64,000 bases of DNA from an uncultured cyanobacterium (GCA_963793265.1 CAWBZI010000001.1:1-64000), one strand, 5' to 3'. Shown: positions 9,500-20,410, numbered from the stretch's first letter. Notes: generated from the letters alone by a model not told the origin. Program-made: numbers and translations.

Positions 9500-11681
9500 C
9501 TACTTCTCTCTAGCGACTACCCCCAGCACATTCACATCTGCCAGCCTTAGCTGCTCCATCGCCCGCTCCAGCAGCGGCTGTTTCACCCGCCCCGACTGCG
9601 CCACCAGCAGCAGCCCGTCCACATGGTTCGCTACCAAATAAGCATCCGACTGCCCCAATAATGGTGGCGTATCAAAAATAATCAAATCAAACACCGGCTT
9701 CATCTTCTCTACCAGCTTTCGCATCCCCCCAGAGCCCAGCACTCGCGAAGGCTCAATCGGATGCGAACCCGAACACATCACATAAATCGTCGGATCTTCT
9801 GAAAACTTCTGAATCACCGCCGGATTCACCGCCCCAGAAAACAAATTTGTCAGCCCCTTCTCATTCGGCAGCTCCAAATACTGATGAATTTGAGGATTTC
9901 TTAAGTCCGCATCTACCAGCAGCACCCGCTGCCCCATCGCCGCCGCCGCCTCCGCCAGGTAAATCGCCACCGTCGATTTGCCCTCACCCGCCGTCGAAGA
10001 GCTAACCGCAAGCGATCGCACCCGCTTCCCTGAATTCGGCTGTCGCAGATTGGTATACAGCAATCGAAAAGCCTCCGAAAACGGATCGCTATCGTAAGCC
10101 TTACTCACCACCTTGCCATTGCGCGGAACCGATCCATTTTGAGCTGCTCTTACCCTGGTGCCCTCTTTAATGTTAGAGCCCACATACTGCAAAGACTCCG
10201 TAAATCTCTCCTGAACATCGCCCCCATTAAGAATCTGATTAGTTGGAATCCTGGCCAAAATTGGAAGCTGCGTTGACCGCCGAATCGCCTCATCGCCATA
10301 GATAACGCCCCCCGACTTGTCGAGTAAAAGCGCTGCCCCTGTACCTAGCATTAGGCCCAGCATCGCGCCTAGCAGCAGGTTCTGCGGCAGGCTCTCAGGC
10401 TGAGGCCGAGGCGTCGTTGGCGGCGTCACAATCTCCCAGGGCACTTCCCGCTGGGCCGCATCAATTTGCAGCGCCTCCCGCTTCGATAAAAACTGGTTCA
10501 AATTGTTAGTCGCAATCTCTAGCTCTCGGGTAATGTCTGAATAATCTCTCGAAATACCTGACAAGTCGTCTACATTCGTATTCAACTCCTGTAGGGTTTG
10601 CCCTAGCGATCGGTCACGCTCCTCTAATTCCTGGATTTGGCTCAACACCTCTCGCTGAGACTGCACCGCCTGCTCCTCCAACAGCCTCAGCAAATTATCT
10701 CGCTGCTCTTGCAGCACCTCCATATCGGGGCTACTGTCTAAATATATTGTTGAAGCTTCAGCCATTTGCGCATCCAGCGCCAGCAAACTATCCAATAGCG
10801 ACTGATAGCGAGGATTTTGATTGAGCAAAGAAGAGCTGGCCTGCTCCTGCGGCTGACCCGCCTGCTGCTGAAGCTCAGCATAGAGCTGACGCTGTTCTCT
10901 AAGCTGCGACTGCACCGCTAGCTGCTCATTAGAAAACGAACTCACCTGAGAGGCTAGCTGAGAACCCCGAGACTCCGGATCAATAAGATTGTTGTCCGAG
11001 CGCAGCGTTTGCATCTGGCCCTGTAGCGTATTTACCTTATCGCGCAAATCTGGGAGCTTTTGCTCAACAAAATCAATTCCCCGGCGAATATCTGCCTGCT
11101 TAGAAGCCAAACTGTAGTCCAAATAAGCTTCTGACAGCAGATCTAGCGCAATCTTCACCGTCTGAGGATCGAGATCTTGAAAAGACGCCTGAATAATCTG
11201 TGAGTCATCACCCGCGCTACCTACTGACAGTCGCCCAGCAAGCTGATCGTAACAAGGATCGTAGTTCGTCTGCTCAACTGGCGCGGCTACTCCCGACTGG
11301 CAAAAAGTCGGGTCTTGCTGGCGCATTCCATCTACAACTGGCTGTAGAATATTGGGGCTCTTGAGTAGCTTCAGCAAGTCGCCAGTAACCACCTCATCAG
11401 GCTGTATAGTCGTCAGCGTATCCGGCACGTCTGAAATCACCTCAGTTTCAGTACTTTGCGCCTGCACCAAAATCTCAAATAGGCCGCTATAAGTCGGCGT
11501 ATCAGTTAGCACCTTTGCGCCCCGCTAGCGTTGTAGTCGCCGCCGTCATCCCCGCAATCAGCCACCACTTTCTTTGCAGCGTCTTTAAGAGCGCACCAAA
11601 ATTAAGACCGCCTTCTTCTTCCTCCATTGGCCCTACCGGCGGCATGGCTATCGGCATGGTTAAAGCTGTGTCGGTTTTCAT
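9500..11681 (-). CDS. wzc: Wzc/GumC polysaccharide co-polymerase with tyrosine-kinase domain; frameshift near 11515
   Basis: N-terminus MKTDT...LKTLQRKWWLIAG from 11681, coiled coil, TM, FSEAFRLLYTNL, Walker A GEGKST, LVDADLR, FDTPP. Confidence 0.88.
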
Positions 11682-11691
11682 AGAATGCTAC

Positions 11692-13179
11692 CTAGTCAAA
11701 AATCCCAAAGAGTCTTAAAGGGAAAAATACGCTTTGAATCACCCGGCCTACGGGGCCTAAAATTGCGCCCACTCTGTCGTCAATGTTGGCGATCGCAGAA
11801 GGATTCACCACCACCACATCGTTATTCCGCAACAGCGGATTATTCTCCTCATCAATCCCTTGAGCAAAGTCCACATCAATCACCCGGCGACTCACCGAAC
11901 CATTCGGATTCAACCGAATCAGCTCAGCCTCTAGCTCGTTCGCCCGGTTATTAAATCCACCTGCCGCCAAAATAGCCTGACTTAAAGACGTATTCGGCGG
12001 CAGCTCCAATCTTCCGGTACGTTCTGTTTCGCCCACCACATTTACCTGAATAGAATTTGGCGAAAAGCTCGCTTCGGCGATCGCACTCACCTGCTCAGGA
12101 TCCACCTCAGTCGCCGCTGGCACAAACACCGTATCCCCTGCCTGCAAAATCGCATCCTGCTCCAAATTGCCCACCTCAATCAGCCGCGCCAAATCCACCT
12201 CAAAGAGCTGAGAAGTCCCCCCTCGCGTCGCCCGCACCACCTGCACACTCCGAATATCCGCCTCCGGCTTAATGCCGCCCGCCACCTGCAGCGCTCTTGT
12301 CACGGTCGTTGGGCTATCACCACCGCTACCGCTTGAGGCCCCCGGCACACCAGCATCACCCGTACGCGCCTGCCCCCCTTGCAACGTATAGGAGCCAGGC
12401 CGATACACCTCACCAATCACCGCAATATTAATCGGCTGCGTCACGCTCCCAGCAAAATTCGCCTCCGAAAGCAGCGCCATCTCCGCCAGCGGCACCGTCG
12501 TTGTCGGCACAAAAATAGAGTCTCCATCTCGCAGCGTCACGTCCTGACGCTGATCGCCCGTTTGCACCAGCGCCCACAGATCCACCTGAAACTGCTCATA
12601 GCTACCGTCCGCTTTTTGCCTTTGCACCTGCACCTGGCGCACGTCTGCGGCCTGCGTCGTTCCGCCCGCATCTCGCAATAGCTGAGTCAGTCGGGGCAGC
12701 GACGAGCCCTCACGGCTGAGCGCATAAGACCCTGGACGATTCACCTCACCCGCAATCCCGATTTGCAGCGGTCGGCTGCTAATCAGGCCCACCGTGAGGA
12801 TCGGTCGTCTGAGAAAATTGCCATAGCGATCGCTCATCAAAGCCGTCGCCTCAGCAATCGTCAGCCCGCCCACGTTCACACTGCCCACCAAGGGCAAATT
12901 CACCGTACCGCCCACGAGTACCTGGCTCTCGCCGCTGTACTGCGGCACCCGAAAAATGTCTACGCGCAGTACGTCTCCGGCCCCTAGCGTGTAGGGCGTT
13001 TCGGCCAAAGGCGCTGGGGGCGCTGTCGGGATTGGCGCTGTCGGAACGGGTGCGACAAGTACTGGTAGACTAGGCTGGGCGACGACAGCAGCAGGGCTCA
13101 TAGCCAAGCCTAAAAACGCAGACAGTAGCGGTAGCTGAAACAATAGACGCGATCGCATAGGCACCTCCAATCTACTCAT
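11692..13179 (-). CDS. wza: Wza-like polysaccharide export protein with SLBB domains
   Basis: YTLGAGDVLRV, LPLVGSV, repeated GEV.RPGSY and L..GD.IFVP motifs. Confidence 0.9.
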   Translation of the reverse strand: MSRLEVPMRSRLLFQLPLLSAFLGLAMSPAAVVAQPSLPVLVAPVPTAPIPTAPPAPLAETPYTLGAGDVLRVDIFRVPQYSGESQVLVGGTVNLPLVGSVNVGGLTIAEATALMSDRYGNFLRRPILTVGLISSRPLQIGIAGEVNRPGSYALSREGSSLPRLTQLLRDAGGTTQAADVRQVQVQRQKADGSYEQFQVDLWALVQTGDQRQDVTLRDGDSIFVPTTTVPLAEMALLSEANFAGSVTQPINIAVIGEVYRPGSYTLQGGQARTGDAGVPGASSGSGGDSPTTVTRALQVAGGIKPEADIRSVQVVRATRGGTSQLFEVDLARLIEVGNLEQDAILQAGDTVFVPAATEVDPEQVSAIAEASFSPNSIQVNVVGETERTGRLELPPNTSLSQAILAAGGFNNRANELEAELIRLNPNGSVSRRVIDVDFAQGIDEENNPLLRNNDVVVVNPSAIANIDDRVGAILGPVGRVIQSVFFPLRLFGIFD

Positions 13180-13928
13180 ATAAACCGTCTGAAAAGAGCA
13201 GCCGTTGAGCTTAGTCTTAACTACCTGTACGAGGCAGCAGATCTCAACGCCTAAATTACTAATGCAACCTATCTAGAACTAATCCGAAAGACTATGAAAT
13301 AAAGTTGATAAGTTGACGCAAAGTTCATACACTTTCTGATTGAAGTCTGGCTGCCTTGAAGGGTTTATAAACCATCAAGAAATCTAGATGAAAATTAAGG
13401 CGATGTGTCTTGTTAAATTCAAGAACAGGGTGTAAGTTGATATGTATGCAAATTTTAGGATTTGCAATATGCAACTACCATTAAGTTTCTCTAGTAGAGA
13501 CTTATTAAGCATCAGCATTCAAAACTTTTATTTATAGACGGCACGTCTCCGTATATATAGACGCTCACTTCTGCCTTACGCTCAAGTCTTCACTTCTCAG
13601 CCGGTTCAAGTTCCCCTTAGTAGGGGAGAAAGTCCGCTGCGAGTACATAAGACTTCTTGAGCCAAAATGACGTTATTCATTTTTTTAATCGCATCTGCAG
13701 CAATCTATTGATCTCGCAGATCATCTACCAAGTTTAACTTCAACAAAACTATCAGACGGGCTAAAGCTGTTCTCAGTACCGTCTTGAGTTTGCGTGTATA
13801 TTTTGTTCTTTTGAACAAAGAGAATATTAGAGTGCAGTCTTTTTTACCCGGAAATTGCTTAGAGAAGTGTAAGAAGACAATCATAGGGTGCCGTGTTCAG
13901 CATTTTGAAAATTACTCTTGCAGGTCTA

Positions 13929-14735
13929 ATGTTGTCATCTCATCCACAAGGATCAGTCTCTCTCAAGCCAAAGCCTTCAATTCAAAAAAGCCCTAGCCAA
14001 GATGTCATTGGCTTTCCAGTGTGCGTACTCTCTCTCGAAGAGCACATTGATCAAATATTAGAATGGGCAAGCGCGCGGCTAAGCAAGATCGTTTGTGTTG
14101 CCAACGTGCACATGCTTATGGAAGCACACTGGAATGAAGACTTTGCTGGCATACTCCGCAAAGCAGACATGCTCACACCCGATGGTGCGCCTCTGGCCTG
14201 GATGGTGGGCTGGCTAAGGCTGAAGCCTCAAGAAAGAGTTGCAGGTATGGATGTTTTTCTAGGCATTTGCCAGCGAGCCAAAAAGCAGTCTGTAAAACTG
14301 TTCTTTATTGGCTCAACGTCTGATGTTCTATCGCTTATTAAGCAGCGGATTGAACAAGAATTTCCGAATGTGGAAATTTCAGGCATTGCAGACTTCCCCT
14401 TTCGACAGCTCACGGCAGAAGAAGATAACGCCCTAGTAGGAGAAATCAACCAAAGCGGTGCAAATATCGTCATGGTGTCTTTGGGATGCCCTAAGCAAGA
14501 GCGATGGATGAGCGAACACCAGCATAGAGTGCACGCCGTCATGATCGGGCTCGGTGGCGCTTTCCCCGTATTTGCAGGCCAAGTAAAGCGCGCACCCACA
14601 CTCGCAAGAAAGCTAGGACTAGAGTGGATGTATCGGCTAGTGCAGGAGCCCAAAAGGCTTTGGAAACGCTACTACAGCACCATTCCACCATTTGTATTTT
14701 TGGCGCTGCGGCAGGCTATTCGCAGAAGCTGGTAG
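13929..14735 (+). CDS. WecB/TagA/CpsF glycosyltransferase (GT26)
   Basis: ANVH, PDGAPL, RVAGMD, LGCPKQERW, GLEWMYRL.QEPKRLWKRY. Confidence 0.92.
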   Translation: MLSSHPQGSVSLKPKPSIQKSPSQDVIGFPVCVLSLEEHIDQILEWASARLSKIVCVANVHMLMEAHWNEDFAGILRKADMLTPDGAPLAWMVGWLRLKPQERVAGMDVFLGICQRAKKQSVKLFFIGSTSDVLSLIKQRIEQEFPNVEISGIADFPFRQLTAEEDNALVGEINQSGANIVMVSLGCPKQERWMSEHQHRVHAVMIGLGGAFPVFAGQVKRAPTLARKLGLEWMYRLVQEPKRLWKRYYSTIPPFVFLALRQAIRRSW

Positions 14736-14822
14736 CGGTGGGTTACTTTTGATACTATCGTCAGCAACCGCTACTCAATTCAGCCGTGAACGGTTGCGAT
14801 ATAATTGCCATAATTGATTGGT

Positions 14823-15722
14823 ATGGGTGGTTTTGTATCCGTGACTTTTTGCTCTGTTATAATTCCAACTTACAATCGCCCTGATCGATTGGCAGGCTGC
14901 TTAAGTGCGCTAACTCAGCAAAGCTACCGGCGCGATCACTTCGAGGTCGTCATCGTTGATGATGGCAGCGCTACACCCATGGATAGCGTCGTTGAGCCTT
15001 TCCGCTCACAGCTAGATATTGTGCTAATACGCCAGACTAATGCGGGGCCAGCCGCTGCGCGAAACACAGGCGCACGTCAGGCAAAAGGAGAGCTGCTCGC
15101 CTTCACTGACGACGACTGTATGCCCAGCCCCGACTGGCTAAGCGGGTTTGCCAGCCAAATTTCTCATCATCCAAAGGCAATGATCGGCGGGCGCAGCCTC
15201 AACGCGCTGCCGAACAATCTCTATTCCACAGCGTCTCAGGCGCTTATCGACTATCTCTATACCTACTACAGCGATCCGAGAAAGGAGATGTTTTTTGCTA
15301 GCAACAATATTGCCATGGCAAGAGAGCATTATTTAGCATTAGGCGGATTCGACACGTCTTTTCCATTAGCGGCGGCTGAAGACCGGGAGCTGTGCGATCG
15401 CTGGCACCAAGCCGGGCTCCCCATGCACTACGACCCCAGCATCACCATCCGCCACGCCCACCACCTCTCACTCCGCTCTTTTTTCAAGCAGCACTTCGGC
15501 TACGGACGCGGAGCCTTCTGCTTTCACCAAGTCCGAGCCAAACGCAACGCCAAACCCATCAAAGTAGAGCCCTTCAAATTCTACAAAGACCTGCTCACCT
15601 ATCCCCTCAGCCGCAAAGACGTAAAGTCTCCCTGGTTCGTTTCTATGTTGTTCTTTCTTTCTCAGGTCGCGACGACAACTGGCTTCTTTTGGGAACGCAG
15701 CACACAAAAGAAGCCAGCCTAA
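14823..15722 (+). CDS. Glycosyltransferase family 2
   Basis: SVIIPTYNR, VDDGS, GPAAARNTG, FTDDD, EDREL. Confidence 0.92.
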   Translation: MGGFVSVTFCSVIIPTYNRPDRLAGCLSALTQQSYRRDHFEVVIVDDGSATPMDSVVEPFRSQLDIVLIRQTNAGPAAARNTGARQAKGELLAFTDDDCMPSPDWLSGFASQISHHPKAMIGGRSLNALPNNLYSTASQALIDYLYTYYSDPRKEMFFASNNIAMAREHYLALGGFDTSFPLAAAEDRELCDRWHQAGLPMHYDPSITIRHAHHLSLRSFFKQHFGYGRGAFCFHQVRAKRNAKPIKVEPFKFYKDLLTYPLSRKDVKSPWFVSMLFFLSQVATTTGFFWERSTQKKPA

Positions 15723-16291
15723 AGCAATAGTAAATCAAACAAGTCTTTGACAGTGAACGTCAGCCCCTGCATGAACTCAGGAAAGGGTAATAACGCTTCA
15801 GGTTCATCTATTAACTCTAAGATTTCGATATCCTTCTTAGACTTGTAAACAGTGACGGATTCTTCGTCTGGATCGATCAGCCAGCCGATCTGAGTACCGT
15901 GCTGTAAACAACGAATAACCTTCTTCCTTATCTTCCTGTATCCTTGCCCTGGCGATAGTACCTCAATCGTCCAGTCTGGTGCAAGTAAAAATACATCAGT
16001 AATTTTTCCTTTAGCATCAACTGGAATATGGCCCCAGGTAAAAACAGCAATATCTGGAACGATAGAAGCACCCCCAAAAGTACAGCGAAGCTCAGGAAAA
16101 GCACAGGCAATTTTTTGAGTTTCGACGACAGCATTGATCACATTTACAAGCTTATCTTGGAATCTGCTGTGTCTTCCTTGCGACATAGGCTTTTGAATAA
16201 TTTGGCCATCAATGTACTCGCTCGCAGGCTTCGTTTCCGGCAGCGCCAAAAAAGCATCGAGCGACAGCGGCCTAGCTTGAGTTTGAACCAT
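15719..16291 (-). CDS. Uma2 (DUF820) family endonuclease-like protein
   Basis: ETKPASEYIDG, PELRCTFGG, VPDIAV, PDWTIEVLSP, GWLIDP. Confidence 0.9.
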   Translation of the reverse strand: MVQTQARPLSLDAFLALPETKPASEYIDGQIIQKPMSQGRHSRFQDKLVNVINAVVETQKIACAFPELRCTFGGASIVPDIAVFTWGHIPVDAKGKITDVFLLAPDWTIEVLSPGQGYRKIRKKVIRCLQHGTQIGWLIDPDEESVTVYKSKKDIEILELIDEPEALLPFPEFMQGLTFTVKDLFDLLLL

Positions 16292-16392
16292 TTGAGTACC
16301 CTTCGCTTGAATTGGCTACCGACCTATCTTAGATCATTGGCGACAAGGCAAGACTCTGGTAAGGATGAGTAGCTAACTTAAGCCGCAAACCC

Positions 16393-17565
16393 GTGAAACT
16401 TCTTTGGATGACAGAACGCTTTCCGCCTGATATTGGCGGGGTAGCGCGCAGCTCAGAGCGAATTGTGCGATCGCTCACCACCTTAGGCATTTCTGTAGAT
16501 GTCGTCACTTGGAGCCGCTATGTAGACCCTGGAGAAATCCTTCCTCCTGAAGCCTCACCAACAGAGAACAAACAGTTACGCATCTACAGATTAGGGCCCT
16601 ATCGCAACTGGGACATGACCCTGCCGCATACGATGAACCTATTGGACTGGCTGCACCAAAAGCAACAGTACGATGTCGTTTGGGGACATTACCTTTTTCC
16701 TGCTGGATTTGTTGCAGCCTGGTTTTCGCAGCTCAACCACATCAAGTCTATCGTTAGCGCCAGAGGCAACGATATTGACAAAGCCATTTTTCCACCTGGA
16801 GACTTTTCACGGTTGCAGTGGACGCTAGCGAATGCGACGAGGGTGACCGCCGTGAGTGCAGACATGGCGAAGAAAGTAGAAACCTTAAGCCATCGAACCG
16901 CAGAGGTACTCGCGAATGTTGTCGATACAAGTGTGTTTAAGCCAAATGAAGAAGATAACGCTACTTTACGAGAATCCTTTGGAATTTCTTCACAAGAGAC
17001 TGTGCTTGGCTTTTCGGGTGAGCTGCGAGAGAAGAAAGGACAGCGATTTCTGTTGCAAGCATTAAGTGAAGTGCGACAAAAGCGGTCTGCTTGTTTGTTA
17101 ATAGTTGGAGAACTACGGCCTGAGAGCCAGGCTTTTTTACAGAGCTATGCTTCCACTAATCCTGAAGACGGGGCCAGGGTAATTGTTACCGGGCATTTAG
17201 ATTCACCTGATCTAGTAGCCCAGCACTTGCGCCTGTGCGACGTATATTTGCAGCCGTCGCTGTGGGAGGGAATGCCCAATGCGCTTATGGAAGCGATGGC
17301 CTGCGGCTGCGTTTGTATTGGTAGCGATGCAGGCGGTATTCCTGAAGTCATTGAGCATGAAGTGACCGGGTTTATGGTGGCGCGATCGCACCTCCACTAT
17401 CTAGGCACAGCCATCCTGGAATATCTCGAACTTGACGAGTCGCACCGCCGTAGAATTAAGCGACAGGCCAGCGATCGCATCGCCCAACAACATACCCTCG
17501 CTCAAGAACAAAAAATGCTAAAAGATCTGATGGAATCTTTAGTCCCTGAGTTTCAGCCCCGCTAA
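16393..17565 (+). CDS. Glycosyltransferase family 4
   Basis: FPPDIGGV, KKGQ, PSLWEGMPNALMEAMACG. Confidence 0.88.
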   Translation: MKLLWMTERFPPDIGGVARSSERIVRSLTTLGISVDVVTWSRYVDPGEILPPEASPTENKQLRIYRLGPYRNWDMTLPHTMNLLDWLHQKQQYDVVWGHYLFPAGFVAAWFSQLNHIKSIVSARGNDIDKAIFPPGDFSRLQWTLANATRVTAVSADMAKKVETLSHRTAEVLANVVDTSVFKPNEEDNATLRESFGISSQETVLGFSGELREKKGQRFLLQALSEVRQKRSACLLIVGELRPESQAFLQSYASTNPEDGARVIVTGHLDSPDLVAQHLRLCDVYLQPSLWEGMPNALMEAMACGCVCIGSDAGGIPEVIEHEVTGFMVARSHLHYLGTAILEYLELDESHRRRIKRQASDRIAQQHTLAQEQKMLKDLMESLVPEFQPR

Positions 17566-17581
17566 AGTCTCCATCAGACTA

Positions 17582-18247
17582 CTACTGATAAGGCTTTTGC
17601 AAAGCGGCTCCCGACTCAGCTTCAGACATCACACCCGTCATCACGCTCCAATTAATCAGCACCCGGTAGGCCATCTGCAAGCTCTCACCAAACACAACCA
17701 CGCCCTCCTCATGCCCAGCCATCGCAAATATTCTCTGCTGCATTAAAGAGCTTTCTTGAAACAACCACCGCGTTTCCGCTGCCATCTCCGGCGTTCCGTA
17801 GCGCACAGTCTCACGCGTTGTCGGCACCTGATGAAGTAGCCGCTGCCACAGCGAGCGATGATGAACGTGAATAATCGAGCGAATGCCGGGGTGAGCCTGA
17901 TAGATAACGCCGTGAGTCAAAGATTCTGACGAAGCCTGGCGCAGCCCTTCGCATGTCAGCGTGTTTTTCTGTGGATCGAAAGCAGTCACTAGCGCATAGT
18001 CGGCAGCAGCAAGAGTTTCAAGATTGCCCGTTTGAGTGCCTGAAACAATGAACTGTGGCGATGCTGCCAGATCGCTATCTACGCGCTGAGAAATATTGCC
18101 AAAGCCAATACCGTCAGGATACTCACCAATAAAGTTGAGCTGGTGGAGGGCGTTTCTGTAGGGTGTGATAGGCGCGATCACCTCACCCGTCACCACATCT
18201 GCCTTCACCCACTCACACCGATACTTGATATAGCCTTCGTCAATCAT
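17582..18247 (-). CDS. Class II aldolase/adducin family protein
   Basis: GNISQR, ASSESLTH, IIHVH, GHEEGV. Confidence 0.85.
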   Translation of the reverse strand: MIDEGYIKYRCEWVKADVVTGEVIAPITPYRNALHQLNFIGEYPDGIGFGNISQRVDSDLAASPQFIVSGTQTGNLETLAAADYALVTAFDPQKNTLTCEGLRQASSESLTHGVIYQAHPGIRSIIHVHHRSLWQRLLHQVPTTRETVRYGTPEMAAETRWLFQESSLMQQRIFAMAGHEEGVVVFGESLQMAYRVLINWSVMTGVMSEAESGAALQKPYQ

Positions 18248-19179
18248 GTTGTAGAACCGTCTGCCACGATAGCTGACGCCTTCAGCCAGTCTAAAACCAG
18301 CTTATTCACAACCTCTGGACGCTCATCGTGAGGGCAATGTCCGGTATCTGCGATCGCCCGAAACGTCACATCCCGCTCAGCATCCGCCGCCATCTCCTGA
18401 TAAATATCCGCCGCCTTAATCGGCGTCCACGGATCTTTCTCACCCCACAGCACCAGCAGCGGCTGCGTTACTTCAGGCAGCAGTTCGCTAGGCCGAGGCC
18501 CCGGCGGCGCACTCAAAATAGAGGCAAATACTTTTTGCGCCCCCGGCTGACAGGCAGGCCCGTGCAAAATATCAATCAGCTCAGGCGTAATTGCCTTGCG
18601 GTTACCATACACCTGCTTCAGCGACCCGCGAATTCGCCCTTTCGTCCGCACCCGGTTGAACAGAAAAGGGCCGGTTATATTAGAGCCTACGAGCCTGCCA
18701 AAAGCGCCCATCACTACCCGCAACGGCCCCGGCAAATCTTCAGGGCGATGGTTCAAACTGCCCGCGCAGTTGAGCAACACGCCGCCGCTCGCCGTTTCAG
18801 GATAGGTGGCCAGCGTCATCAAAGCCATTAAAGCGCCGATGGAGTTGCCTGCAAATACAGCGGGTTCTTTGACGTGCGATCGCCAAAAGTCATGAATTAG
18901 CTTCACCCAAAACTCCAGGCTATAGCTCAAATCGGGCTTATCAGAATCACCAAACCCCAGCAAATCCAGCGCATATACCCGGTAGCCCGCATTCGCCAGC
19001 GCCGGAATGTTTTTACGCCAGTGACCAATAGAAGCCCCGAAGCCATGCAGCAGCACAATCGGCGGCCCCTCACCACAGGCAACGTATTTGACATCGTAGC
19101 CGCGCCAGTCCCAGGTGAGCTTTTCACCGGTATAAGAGGAGGCCGCGATCGGTAGCTGTGATGTCAATTGTGCCGTCAT
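18244..19179 (-). CDS. Alpha/beta fold hydrolase
   Basis: HGFGAS, GNSIG nucleophile elbow, WGEKDPW, GHCPHDE. Confidence 0.9.
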   Translation of the reverse strand: MTAQLTSQLPIAASSYTGEKLTWDWRGYDVKYVACGEGPPIVLLHGFGASIGHWRKNIPALANAGYRVYALDLLGFGDSDKPDLSYSLEFWVKLIHDFWRSHVKEPAVFAGNSIGALMALMTLATYPETASGGVLLNCAGSLNHRPEDLPGPLRVVMGAFGRLVGSNITGPFLFNRVRTKGRIRGSLKQVYGNRKAITPELIDILHGPACQPGAQKVFASILSAPPGPRPSELLPEVTQPLLVLWGEKDPWTPIKAADIYQEMAADAERDVTFRAIADTGHCPHDERPEVVNKLVLDWLKASAIVADGSTT

Positions 19180-19256
19180 CGGATTAATCGTCGTGCGTAG
19201 AATATACCTACATCATATCGCTCCGTCGTTTACCCGGCGCTTATCCAGCCCCGGCC

Positions 19257-20051
19257 CTAAGAAGCACATGGACGCATACCCACTTGCTGAAGAAAATCTT
19301 CTAGCCAAACACTTTCCTGATGGCGCAGAGGCGGCAGCGGATCTTGCTGATAGTTGACCAGCAGATCGGTGCGATCGCACGCCCGATCCACCACTGGCTT
19401 CAGGCAAAACGGCAGCTCCTCATGCCCCGACAGCGGCACCACGATCTGCGGAATCGGCTCCGTCACCGTCCAAGCATAGAGCTGAGCCCGCGGCCGCTGT
19501 TCGCTGCGGCTAATCAAAATCCGATAGTCGCCCGCCTCATCAGGGCCATAAATAGACGGCGGCTCCCAGCCTCGTAGCAAATCAATTTCGACAAAATGCA
19601 CAGCGCTGCCAAAAATAGCCTCTCGATGACGCTCGTAGAGTGTGCGCCCTCGGCCAAATCGCTTTTTCTTAGGCGAAAGCGCCTCTACAATAGTCACCAC
19701 ATCGCCCGCCGCGTCCACAATTTCCAAATAGGTTTCGTAGACTCTTTGCGGCACCGGAATCAGCACAGAAATCGGCTGACTAGAGTCTGGGCACGGGCCA
19801 GGTGCAGGCGGGCTGACCATCTCGACAACCTCACCAGTATGTGCCCTGCCCCAGTTTAGCCCCGGTGAACCCACCACCAAAGAATCTTCCCCACTCACCT
19901 GATAGTGCCTTTCGCGAAGCCTGACTTGATAAGCCTCTGGAAGCTGATGCTCTAAAGCATCGGCCAGCGCCGTAATCATCTTTTGATGAACGTTAGGCCA
20001 TAGGTCTGGATGTTCTAGATAAGGGTTCATCCCTGGGAATGGAATAGGCAT
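19257..20051 (-). CDS. DUF4058-like protein
   Basis: MPIPFPGMNPYLE, VEALSP, HFVEIDLLRG, DYRILISR. Confidence 0.8.
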   Translation of the reverse strand: MPIPFPGMNPYLEHPDLWPNVHQKMITALADALEHQLPEAYQVRLRERHYQVSGEDSLVVGSPGLNWGRAHTGEVVEMVSPPAPGPCPDSSQPISVLIPVPQRVYETYLEIVDAAGDVVTIVEALSPKKKRFGRGRTLYERHREAIFGSAVHFVEIDLLRGWEPPSIYGPDEAGDYRILISRSEQRPRAQLYAWTVTEPIPQIVVPLSGHEELPFCLKPVVDRACDRTDLLVNYQQDPLPPLRHQESVWLEDFLQQVGMRPCAS

Positions 20052-20410
20052 GACGTGCACTCTTGACTTGTAAAAATGACGGTGGAAATGACGGCGATGT
20101 GAGAAATCAGGAAAAAAGTGAACTTTTTATCCACTCTTTACGTCGCCGCTTCATATCTATTTTCATTGTTCAAAGGAATGTCTGTGGGTCAGACAGGTTT
20201 GCGTACTTTTTCTGACGAAAAGTGAAATTTAATACATCAATTTCTCTTGATATGTCAGCTTGAGATCGCATGTTATACAGCGTCTCAGGCCGTTTCAAGC
20301 TGCTTTAGACTTCTCAACGGCCGCGCTCAGGCGGTAGGCTACTAAAGGCTTTCTCACAGCTTTACAAAAACGACCTTTACAAAAACCACTTACTCGCCTA
20401 CACCAAACCC

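Noticed and set aside
13261..13340. GACGCAAAG suggesting a c-di-GMP-I riboswitch
   Set aside because: No GGCAAACC P1 or P2 stem in the right arrangement.
15719..20051. Uma2 and DUF4058 genes as a defence island
   Set aside because: Both are common dispersed cyanobacterial paralogues; no methylase or other defence genes are adjacent.
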